This document shows positions 18,028-26,224 of a DNA stretch of 57,244 nt, one piece after another. The notes under the pieces were generated by a model. That model ran no database searches. It saw nothing but the letters and a program-made list of their open reading frames with translations, and was not told the DNA's origin. The stretch is from Clostridia bacterium (GTDB taxonomy: Bacteria > Bacillota > Clostridia > RUG12999), in assembly GCA_045580815.1 (NCBI GenBank), contig JAZNOL010000014.1:1-57244 (forward strand), given 5' to 3'. A program made the translations under genes and the position numbers. Each line of letters opens with the position of its first letter. Within the stretch, counting starts at the first letter, position 1.

Positions 18028-18876
18028 TTATTCGCTTAATATATTTATAATTGTGTCGGAGATAACTTTTCCGGCAGTTTGCGGAGCAACCTTGCCCGGA
18101 ATAGACAACGCCCATATGACCTTTTTGTTAAGCCTTTGTGCCGCTTCAAAATCCACACCGCCGGGTTTTGAAGCTAAATCTATAATAACAGTATTTTTAC
18201 TGATGTTTTCAAGTATATCGGCAGAAATTATCTTGTGCGGAACTGTGTTGAATATAATATTTGCATTTTCTGCCGCAGATTTAATAAGTTTTGCCTCAAC
18301 AGGCTTTCCTCCAAGCACTTCAATCCATGATTTGTCTTTTTGTTTCCGGTAGGTGCAATAAACCTCACAACCGAGCGAAATAAGCAGTTTAGCAAGGGTT
18401 TTGCCCACGTTTCCAAATCCGCAGACAAGAGTTTTTGCACCGTGAAGCGTATAAGGAGTTTCTTTCATTGCAATTTCGATGGCACCTTCGGCAGTGGCGA
18501 TGGTATTAAGAACAGTCAGTTCTTCACGCTCAAAATAGTCAAAATATTTTATAGCTTTTTCCTCGCATAGCTCTTTGATTTGGTATGATAACCTGCCACC
18601 CAGCAGAATTTGCCCTACTGTCATGGAATTTATCAGCTCTTCGATTTTTATTTTACCGCTGAAATTTTTTGCACAAATGTAATCTCCATCGGTTGACGGA
18701 ACACCTAAAATAACAGCATCAGCACCTTGTGCGGCATCATGAAGAGATATTTTAAGACAATCCTTTACATCGTCAAAAACCTCATCAAAACCGTAAATTC
18801 TGACATCAAAATTCTGTTTTAAATATTTTGCCGCATAAATCTGCCTAAAGTCGCCGCCGATAATTGCAATTTTCAT
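18028..18876 (-). CDS. dpaA: Dipicolinate synthase subunit A (SpoVFA)
   Basis: IIGGDFRQ, N.IATAEGAI, GFGNVGK, IFNTVP, IDLASKPGG.DF.AA, IPGKVAP.TAG. Confidence 0.95.
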   Translation of the reverse strand: MKIAIIGGDFRQIYAAKYLKQNFDVRIYGFDEVFDDVKDCLKISLHDAAQGADAVILGVPSTDGDYICAKNFSGKIKIEELINSMTVGQILLGGRLSYQIKELCEEKAIKYFDYFEREELTVLNTIATAEGAIEIAMKETPYTLHGAKTLVCGFGNVGKTLAKLLISLGCEVYCTYRKQKDKSWIEVLGGKPVEAKLIKSAAENANIIFNTVPHKIISADILENISKNTVIIDLASKPGGVDFEAAQRLNKKVIWALSIPGKVAPQTAGKVISDTIINILSE

Positions 18877-18902
18877 TTATTTATTCACTCCTTTTTATAA
18901 TA

Positions 18903-18930
18903 TATTTTATGCCTCGGGAATTTTGTAGGT
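18903..18930 (-). promoter_or_regulatory. Putative sigmaK (mother-cell) promoter of dpaAB
   Basis: AC-17 nt-CATAAAATA fits AC...CATAnnnTA; spoVFAB is sigmaK-controlled in Bacillus. Confidence 0.45.
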
Positions 18931-18933
18931 TAC

Positions 18934-18979
18934 AAAAAAAGACCGTCTTATCCAACATTGGCTTAAAAGACAGTCTTTT
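18934..18979 (-). terminator. Intrinsic terminator after the GH43 gene
   Basis: AAAAGACUGUCUU...AAGACGGUCUUUU stem followed by a U tract on the minus strand. Confidence 0.7.
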
Positions 18980-18989
18980 AAAGATATAT

Positions 18990-19943
18990 TTAATTAATGC
19001 ATCCGATTATTTTTTCTGTTATTTCGCCGGTTTCATCAACACCAAATTTTACCTTGCCGATAACAGCACGTCTGTCTGCACCGGGATTTTCAGGGTTTGT
19101 CTGCACATGAAACGATGTGTAAATTTCGCCGTCTTTTGTTTTAAAAAATGCATTATGCCCTGCGCCAAACAACACTCCGTCATTTGAAAATATCGGGTTA
19201 TATTTTGATTTTGTCCACGGACCCATGGGGTTATCGGCATATGCCATACATATTGCATAATAATTGCTTCTGTAATGGTTTGTTGAATAATTCATTATGT
19301 ATTTGCCATTGTATTCAATAACATTGGGACCTTCATTCCAGAATTGTCCCCTTGGTAGTGAAAGACGCTCATAAGGCTGATCGGGAGTTGTCATAAGTTT
19401 ATGCTCACCAACGGTTTTTGTAAGTGTATCATCAAGCCTTACGCAATAAACCTGACCGGTCATTATTCCGTCGATAACATGACCATAGCCATCTTTTGCA
19501 TAATACATATAATTGCCGTTTTCTGTAACAAGCACCGATGCATCAATTGCAGCATAACCAAAATCAAACATAGGCTCACCGTAAACATCAACAAACGGAC
19601 CCAGCGGACTGTCGCTGACTGCAACACCTATCCGGAAACGCCATTTAAAACGCTTGTTATCGTCACCTGCTGAATAATGCATAACAAATTTTCCGTTATG
19701 ATAAGTTACTTCTGGTGCCCAATAAAAATCATCTGCCCATGCATTTGAAACCGGATTTTTTTTATCAAAACATCTGACCGGCTCGCTCCAGTTAATTAAA
19801 TCCTTGCTTGTTCTTACATGATAACCGCGAGTTGCTTCTGCGGTTGAATACATATAGTATGTGTCTTCATAAAGCAAAATCTGTGGGTCGCCGATTTTTG
19901 TAATATCAGTAATAATAAATTTATTATTTTCTTCACCAGACAT
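18990..19943 (-). CDS. Glycoside hydrolase family 43 (no signal peptide)
   Basis: IGDP (general base), WAPEV, GPF.D, AIDA (pKa modulator), NEGP (general acid), GHN. Confidence 0.92.
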   Translation of the reverse strand: MSGEENNKFIITDITKIGDPQILLYEDTYYMYSTAEATRGYHVRTSKDLINWSEPVRCFDKKNPVSNAWADDFYWAPEVTYHNGKFVMHYSAGDDNKRFKWRFRIGVAVSDSPLGPFVDVYGEPMFDFGYAAIDASVLVTENGNYMYYAKDGYGHVIDGIMTGQVYCVRLDDTLTKTVGEHKLMTTPDQPYERLSLPRGQFWNEGPNVIEYNGKYIMNYSTNHYRSNYYAICMAYADNPMGPWTKSKYNPIFSNDGVLFGAGHNAFFKTKDGEIYTSFHVQTNPENPGADRRAVIGKVKFGVDETGEITEKIIGCIN

Positions 19944-19972
19944 TGTTATTTTCCTTTCGCCTGCTTCGTTTT

Positions 19973-20009
19973 AAAGAGGCTGAAAAATCTTTTGTTTTTC
20001 AGCCTCTTT
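19973..20009. other. Strong intergenic stem-loop between the 1812-aa gene and the GH43 gene
   Basis: AAAGAGGCTGAAAA...TTTTCAGCCTCTTT, 14 bp; weak U tract on the coding (minus) strand. Confidence 0.65.
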
Positions 20010-20046
20010 GGAGAGGAATTGCTGCATCAGTTGCAGCATCTGATAT

Positions 20047-23000
20047 TTACTTGTTTTCTATTATGCAGCCTGCATTTGCAAGTTCCTGAACAAACAAGGC
20101 ATAACCGCTTGTGGTCATATGAATTCCGTCAGATTTAAGCATATTGGATGTGAATTTTGAAGATGTGTCGATAAATGTCACATAATCTTTATAGGTTTCA
20201 CTTTCACACCATGCTTTTATAAGTGCATTTGCACTGTTTACGTTATCCATATAATTTGAACGCTGTGTTATACTGAAATAATAGATTTTTGTATCAGGAT
20301 ACATTTCATGAATTGTTTCGCATATATCTTTCAGATTTTCTGATACAACCGATGTTGCCGTGCTTGGAATATCATTTGTACCAAGATGTATTACAACATT
20401 TTTAGGTGCAATTTCACCAAACAAATCATCTACACACGGTTTCCAGTCGGTTGTACGTGAGCCGCCAATACCGACAAGTGCCACATCTTTACCACTGTAT
20501 GTAGTTGAGAAATTTGACCAGAAATTTGATGTGAAGAATGAGTCACCGATAAATGCTGTGGTTTTGCCGCTGTTTGCATTTGCCCAGGTTGCCAGATGAT
20601 TTTTAAACGTTGCTACATAACGTGATTTTACAATATCACTTGTTTTTTCATAAGTGCAACCGACTATTTTCTGGACAATATTACCCTCATCATCCTCTTC
20701 AAACACAACTCTGCCGACAACAAGACGGCGGTTTCCGCTGGGAGATATTGAATCTGTCTGAACATGGAAAGATGTATATAGGTTTCCGTCTTTTCCTGTA
20801 AAGAACGCATTGTGACCTGCCCCAAACAGATCGCCGTTGTTTGAAAGCACAGGGTTCCATTCAGGTTTTGTCCACGGACCCATAGGGTCATCGGCAATCG
20901 CCATACAAATTGCATAATCATTTGTCCTGTAGTGATTTGCCGAATAGTTCATAATATATTTTGTTTCGCCGTTTTTTGTTGTATATTCAATTACCGTCGG
21001 ACCCTCGTTCCATATCTGTCCTACCGTTGATGCGGATTTAAGCTCATAATCATACTCAGGAGTTACCATAAGCTTGGGCTCGCCTATTACTTTTGTGAGA
21101 GTATCGTCAACCTCTACGCAATAGGTCTGGCTTACATTAAGACCGTCTATTACATTGCCGTAGCCGTCTTTTGAATAATACAGATAGTTACCCTCGTCTG
21201 TAACAAGCACCGATGCATCAATTGCAGCATATCCATAATCAAACATAGGTGCACCGTGCACGTCAATAAACGGACCCTTTGGACTGTCGCTGACTGCTAC
21301 ACCCACTCTGTATCTGTATGCATATTTGCTGTCATTTCCTGCCGAATAATGCATAACAAACTTGCCGTTGTGGTATGTTACCTCAGGTGCCCAGAAATAA
21401 TCATACGCCCATGCATTTGAGGTGTCTTCATGGAAACAGTATTCTGCTTCACTCCAGTTTTTAAGATCCTTGCTTGTTCTAACCATGTAGCCGGTAGATG
21501 CTGCGTTTGATGCATACATATAATATGTGTCTTCATAAAGCAAAATCTGCGGGTCACCAATGTTTACAACATCGGTTATTATAAATTCGGGTTCTCTGTA
21601 ATACGAAAGCGATTTATATGCCGGTGTTGCGTCTGCAACGTCCCCGTTCCAGATATAAACTTTTACATAATCATACTCATCAGTAACTGCAAAGTCTTTC
21701 TGAATATACTCATCAAAATTTGTAACCTCTTTTGCTTCGACACTTAAAACGGTATTATTATTGCCCTCATAAAACGCGGCAATTATCTGTAATTTTTCCA
21801 TATCCTCTATGCCGTCAATTGCTTCGGGTGAAAATTCTACCGAAACTTTATCGTCATAAACATCACATCTGGGATAAGTAACAGAAGTGCGTTTTGCAGA
21901 GAAGTTGTCAAAATAAGTGTAATTGTATTGCTGACCTGCACCAAACAGTGCAAGTGATGCTTCTTTTGAAACAAGCGGCTCGGGGTCTGTATAGCTACCT
22001 GTCTGAACAACTGCTTTTGTTGAGGTGTCGGTTACTGTCCAGCGGATATAACCGTCAATTACAGTTAATTCTACAGTGTACCACTTGCTTTGTGCAAGCA
22101 TATTGTTTCCGAGAGTTCCCGAAACAGAAACAACGTCATTTGAAAGACGTGTATACGCTCCGTCAGAAGTCAGCTTTGAAAGAGATGTTTTAAGTGTTCC
22201 GTCGCCATAGCCGTTTGTACCCTGGAAATACAGTTCATAAAATGATGTCCATTTGCCGGTTTTATTGAAACGGATACCGCCGCCACCCTGTGAGCCTGCA
22301 CGGTAAATATCAAATTTGTAGGTTGTGCCATAAGTTGTATCAATTTTCAGATTGCTTGGTTCAACAGGAACAAAATATCTCGGAGAATTATATGCCGCCT
22401 TTGCTTCAACAGCAAGCACATTGTTGCCTGCCGGGCTTTCTATAATAGCTGTTCCCGGTGTGTTTGTTGCGCTGAATCCCCAGTTTATACCAGCTGTTAT
22501 CCACTGACCGGCTACAACAGCATTATTTTGATAGTTATAATCATCTGTGCTTGAAACAGCCGTATAGCTTTCAAAATCATCTTCGTCAGCTTCAGGTGTG
22601 GGAACAGGCTCAGGCTCAGGATCCGGCTCGGGTTCAGGATCGGGTTCCGGGTCAGGTTCGGGATCGGGATCAGGATCAGTATTGTCTTCATTTATATATT
22701 TTTCTACTGAAACATTGTCAAAATATGTATATGTATTATACTGACCGCCTGCGAAAAACGCAAAACTTGTTATCTCTGTTGTTATCGGATTGGAATCTGT
22801 CCAGCTACCGGTCTGAATAACATCATCAAGTCCATCGTTGTCAGAATCTGTACCTTTATTTCTTACAACCCAGCTGATTACACCTTTGTCAAAGGTTACC
22901 TCTACTGTTTTCCAGCTACCGGAAGCAATATAATGGCTGCCGGAACGTGAGCCTGCTGTATATGTGCCGTTTGTTGTTGAAATTGTAGCATCGGTTACAC

Positions 23001-25485
23001 GGACACCATTTTTAATTAAAGCAGTTGAATAAAGGTCAGAGTCGCTTGTTTCATATCCGTAAGCATGGTCGCCTTTGCCAACAAAATCAAGTGCATAATA
23101 CGAAGAGTTGCCTACTGCTGTGTTGTTACTGCCGCCATAGTTAAATATAATGCCGCCGCCTGACAGGCTTGTGCCACGCATATAATCAAATTTGTAAACG
23201 TATTTATCATTATAATTTACATCCAGATTCTGATAAATAACACGGGGTTTGCTGTTCCATGCTGTATATGCCGCACGACCTTCAATTGCAAGCACATTGT
23301 CTGTTTCGTTGGTCTCTTCAAGTTTTTGAGGATTTTGGACAATACCTGCACGTGCGTTGCTGTCAGCACCAAATCCCCATCCTGCCGCATACCATGTTGT
23401 TGCATTAATTGTGGGGCTTACATCGGTTGTTTCCCCTTCTTCAGGCTCAACATAATCGGGATTTGTCATTTTTGCAACATAGCGTCCGCCTCTTTGTGTA
23501 AGATTTGAAACTGTTTCTGTTTCTTGAACATAAGATTCAAAATCGTCTGAAGCAACCTCGTTTTCATTTGGTGTCGGTTCTTCCTCTTCCTCCGGTTCGG
23601 GAGTGGTTTTTGTTACTGTAACGTTATCAAACATAACATATTCACTACCCTGACCTGCGGCAAACAATCTCATAGAGAAATTATCGCCGGAGAAAGGTGT
23701 TGTATCTGTCCATGTACCCGTCTGAACAGCTGTTTGCGAGCCTCTTGGTGTAACGGTCCAGTCAATTTTACCTTTATTGTCAATTGTAACACTTACTGTA
23801 TACCATGTTTTTTTATTGAGCATGTTGTCTGTAAGTGTTGATGATATAGTGGGTTCAAGAAGTGTATAAGTGCTGTTTTCAACTTTTGAAAGTGATGTTT
23901 TCTTTGTTCCGGTTGTTGCACCGTTGTTACCCATGAAATAAAGTTCATAGAAATTTCCGCCGCTTAAACTGAAACGAATACCGCCGCCGGCGTTGTTATA
24001 TGAACCGCCGTCTCTGTAAATATCAAATTTGTAGTTATAGATGTTGTCACTATCCATTCTGACGGTAACATATTCAACGGACGGTGCAGAAAGACGTGCA
24101 TTTGAGGCAGACGTGCCTTCCCAGCCTGTTTGAGCATTGATTGTGAGGGCGTTGTCTCCTGTTTCGCCGCCTGGTGCTGCAATAATCGCTGTGCCTACAC
24201 TACCTGAGTTCCAGCCACCCCAGTTTTTTGAGGTTGCATTTACCCAGTTTCCTGCAACAATAACATTTGCTCCTATTGAATAATCAGCAGTGCTTGTTTT
24301 TGCTTCGTATGAATTGAAATCATCCGAAATAATTGCTCCGTCTGCAAGCTCGGTTGTTTCAAATGCAGTAATTTCATAGGGTTTTGCTACTGCATTTTTT
24401 ACGCTTTCGATTGCAACATCAATATGAGGCTGCAAGAAATATGTTGCACCGCTTGGAACATAGTTAAGCTCATCAATCGGCAGACCTGTGATTTTGTGGA
24501 ACCATGCAAGCCCTGCAATATATCTGCCTATATAATTGTCAAGATGATAACCGTCACGGTTAAGATTGTCACCAATAAAGCTTGTACGCGCATTCTGGAT
24601 TGCTGTTCCCGACGGAATAACAAAATCTATACCGTCATGCTCTTCTGCTGTTTTTGATGCAGAAACAATGGCGTTATACATTGATTTCTGGCTATTGTTG
24701 TAGTTTGCAAATCCGCTGTGCGTACTGTCCTGTGCATACGCCCATGTCATGTGCCATGCTGTTTTTGCATAAGGATTTGTCTTATTATTATTGATATATT
24801 CAATAAGATTAGTAAGGTACGGTTCAAAGGTACTTGATAAACCGGAATCCTGGCTCACCTGCTGAACAGTAATAAGGTTCCAGTCTTCATCCTGAAGTGC
24901 ACTAAGGAGAGTTTGTGATGATGTGGTTGACCATGAACCGGATGTGTTTTTAGCGTATGAATAATTTGCCAGATTGTTTGCCGCATTATCAGCGTGTGTC
25001 TTTAATGAGCATCCACCAATGTTGGCATTGCCAAGCACAATATTATCAATGCCAAGATTTTCGGCAATACCGTAAAGCCACTGCATAGCATCAACGCTGA
25101 AGCTGTTGCCTATTGCCAGCACTTTAAGGCTGTAAATTGTTTTTTCTGCCGGGTCAATTACGGTTTTACCGCCGCTTGTTTCAATATACGCTTTTGTGGG
25201 CTGTACATTCGCAACAATATCTGCTGAAAGTGAAAATTCGTTTGTGCCCTCAACAACCTGAGCATCGTCCGAAATGTCTGTTTTTAAAACAGAGCCGTCA
25301 TCACCATATGTTTCAAGCACAACATTGTAGGTTTCTCCAACAGCATCGCCGCCGTTAAAAGAGCCACTTACAACAATTTGTCCGCCAACACAGCTGATAT
25401 CAATGCCGGTTTCCGCCAAAGCAGTTACTCCGGAAAAAACACCGAGCACCATAACTGCCGCAAGTAATAAAAGTAACTTTTTCAT
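20047..25485 (-). CDS. Secreted 1812-aa modular CAZyme: signal peptide, DUF4886-like SGNH esterase, 3x ConA/LamG-like module, Ig-like module, GH43, GDSL/SGNH esterase
   Basis: Signal peptide (..TALA); LAIGNSFS..QQVSQ..DGYH; three DDF(E/N)SY..GGGI.F..FDN repeats; GDP/AIDA/NEGP; FIGDSF..GIGG..LGTND..DGIH. Confidence 0.88.
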   Translation of the reverse strand: MKKLLLLLAAVMVLGVFSGVTALAETGIDISCVGGQIVVSGSFNGGDAVGETYNVVLETYGDDGSVLKTDISDDAQVVEGTNEFSLSADIVANVQPTKAYIETSGGKTVIDPAEKTIYSLKVLAIGNSFSVDAMQWLYGIAENLGIDNIVLGNANIGGCSLKTHADNAANNLANYSYAKNTSGSWSTTSSQTLLSALQDEDWNLITVQQVSQDSGLSSTFEPYLTNLIEYINNNKTNPYAKTAWHMTWAYAQDSTHSGFANYNNSQKSMYNAIVSASKTAEEHDGIDFVIPSGTAIQNARTSFIGDNLNRDGYHLDNYIGRYIAGLAWFHKITGLPIDELNYVPSGATYFLQPHIDVAIESVKNAVAKPYEITAFETTELADGAIISDDFNSYEAKTSTADYSIGANVIVAGNWVNATSKNWGGWNSGSVGTAIIAAPGGETGDNALTINAQTGWEGTSASNARLSAPSVEYVTVRMDSDNIYNYKFDIYRDGGSYNNAGGGIRFSLSGGNFYELYFMGNNGATTGTKKTSLSKVENSTYTLLEPTISSTLTDNMLNKKTWYTVSVTIDNKGKIDWTVTPRGSQTAVQTGTWTDTTPFSGDNFSMRLFAAGQGSEYVMFDNVTVTKTTPEPEEEEEPTPNENEVASDDFESYVQETETVSNLTQRGGRYVAKMTNPDYVEPEEGETTDVSPTINATTWYAAGWGFGADSNARAGIVQNPQKLEETNETDNVLAIEGRAAYTAWNSKPRVIYQNLDVNYNDKYVYKFDYMRGTSLSGGGIIFNYGGSNNTAVGNSSYYALDFVGKGDHAYGYETSDSDLYSTALIKNGVRVTDATISTTNGTYTAGSRSGSHYIASGSWKTVEVTFDKGVISWVVRNKGTDSDNDGLDDVIQTGSWTDSNPITTEITSFAFFAGGQYNTYTYFDNVSVEKYINEDNTDPDPDPEPDPEPDPEPEPDPEPEPVPTPEADEDDFESYTAVSSTDDYNYQNNAVVAGQWITAGINWGFSATNTPGTAIIESPAGNNVLAVEAKAAYNSPRYFVPVEPSNLKIDTTYGTTYKFDIYRAGSQGGGGIRFNKTGKWTSFYELYFQGTNGYGDGTLKTSLSKLTSDGAYTRLSNDVVSVSGTLGNNMLAQSKWYTVELTVIDGYIRWTVTDTSTKAVVQTGSYTDPEPLVSKEASLALFGAGQQYNYTYFDNFSAKRTSVTYPRCDVYDDKVSVEFSPEAIDGIEDMEKLQIIAAFYEGNNNTVLSVEAKEVTNFDEYIQKDFAVTDEYDYVKVYIWNGDVADATPAYKSLSYYREPEFIITDVVNIGDPQILLYEDTYYMYASNAASTGYMVRTSKDLKNWSEAEYCFHEDTSNAWAYDYFWAPEVTYHNGKFVMHYSAGNDSKYAYRYRVGVAVSDSPKGPFIDVHGAPMFDYGYAAIDASVLVTDEGNYLYYSKDGYGNVIDGLNVSQTYCVEVDDTLTKVIGEPKLMVTPEYDYELKSASTVGQIWNEGPTVIEYTTKNGETKYIMNYSANHYRTNDYAICMAIADDPMGPWTKPEWNPVLSNNGDLFGAGHNAFFTGKDGNLYTSFHVQTDSISPSGNRRLVVGRVVFEEDDEGNIVQKIVGCTYEKTSDIVKSRYVATFKNHLATWANANSGKTTAFIGDSFFTSNFWSNFSTTYSGKDVALVGIGGSRTTDWKPCVDDLFGEIAPKNVVIHLGTNDIPSTATSVVSENLKDICETIHEMYPDTKIYYFSITQRSNYMDNVNSANALIKAWCESETYKDYVTFIDTSSKFTSNMLKSDGIHMTTSGYALFVQELANAGCIIENK
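22600..22680 (-). repeat. Degenerate 6-bp coding repeat encoding a (D/E)P linker
   Basis: Encodes DPDPDPEPDPEPDPEPEPDPEPEP. Confidence 0.9.
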
Positions 25486-25555
25486 TTTTGACCTCCTGAT
25501 TTTTATTTTTATGTAATATTACATTTATTATTATATCATATTTTTTTGTAAAAAA

Positions 25556-25588
25556 GGTGAGTAATATCGTCATCTTTGGTGAGTAATA
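25556..25588. promoter_or_regulatory. Direct-repeat candidate activator site upstream of the 1812-aa CAZyme gene
   Basis: GGTGAGTAATA at 25556-25566 and 25578-25588 (22-bp period), overlapping the -35 position of a TG-TATAAT promoter whose -35 is poor. Confidence 0.55.
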
Positions 25589-25655
25589 CACGCATTTTTT
25601 AGGAATGTTTTATTCCTATTTTTTGAAAAAAGCCCCTAAAACAGGGATAAACACC

Positions 25656-25690
25656 AAAAAGCCGAAAGAACGTGATTTCCTTCGGCTTTT
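25656..25690 (-). terminator. Intrinsic terminator of nrdDG
   Basis: AAAAGCCGAA...UUCGGCUUUUU on the minus strand just after the nrdG stop. Confidence 0.8.
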
Positions 25691-25702
25691 GTTATTTTAG
25701 TT

Positions 25703-26224
25703 TTAATCTTCCCACAGTACAACATTGCCGCTTTCAAGACTTGCCGGAACATCAATAATTCTTTGATTTTCCGAGCCTTTAAAACGCAGATTAAGTGTTG
25801 CCTTGTCTTTTTCAAATCTTCCATCAACAAGCACATCGCACATCTCAAGCAGATTTTTCATTTGTTCATTAACCGCAATCTGCTCAAATGTATAGCCCGA
25901 ATATGCCCATATAGTCTTATTTGTATAATGTTTTAAATACTTCGCAAGAATGCAGAGCTCTTCCGCCTGGCAAAAGGGTTCTCCCCCGCTGAATGTCACG
26001 TTTGTTATGGAACTTTGGGTGAGTTTGTCATACACCTCTTTTAAAGTGACATCTTTGCCGTTTTCTTTATCCCACGTTTGAGGATTGTGACAGCCCTCAC
26101 AACGGTGCGGACAGTAATTTACGAAAAGTGTATCACGAAATCCACTTCCGTCAACAGCCGAGCTGAAAGTAATATCCATTATACGCAAGGTGACTTTTTC
26201 AAGTTCTTCCAGATTAAAATCCAT
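25703..26224 (-). CDS. nrdG: Anaerobic ribonucleotide reductase activating protein (radical SAM)
   Basis: VDGSGFR, CPHRCEGCHNP, TFSGGEPF, DVLVDGRF, FKGSENQR.I; overlaps the nrdD stop. Confidence 0.95.
   Translation of the reverse strand: MDFNLEELEKVTLRIMDITFSSAVDGSGFRDTLFVNYCPHRCEGCHNPQTWDKENGKDVTLKEVYDKLTQSSITNVTFSGGEPFCQAEELCILAKYLKHYTNKTIWAYSGYTFEQIAVNEQMKNLLEMCDVLVDGRFEKDKATLNLRFKGSENQRIIDVPASLESGNVVLWED

Noticed and set aside
22600-22680. CRISPR-like or contingency repeat
   Set aside because: It is a degenerate in-frame 6-bp repeat encoding a DP/EP linker, with no spacers or cas genes.
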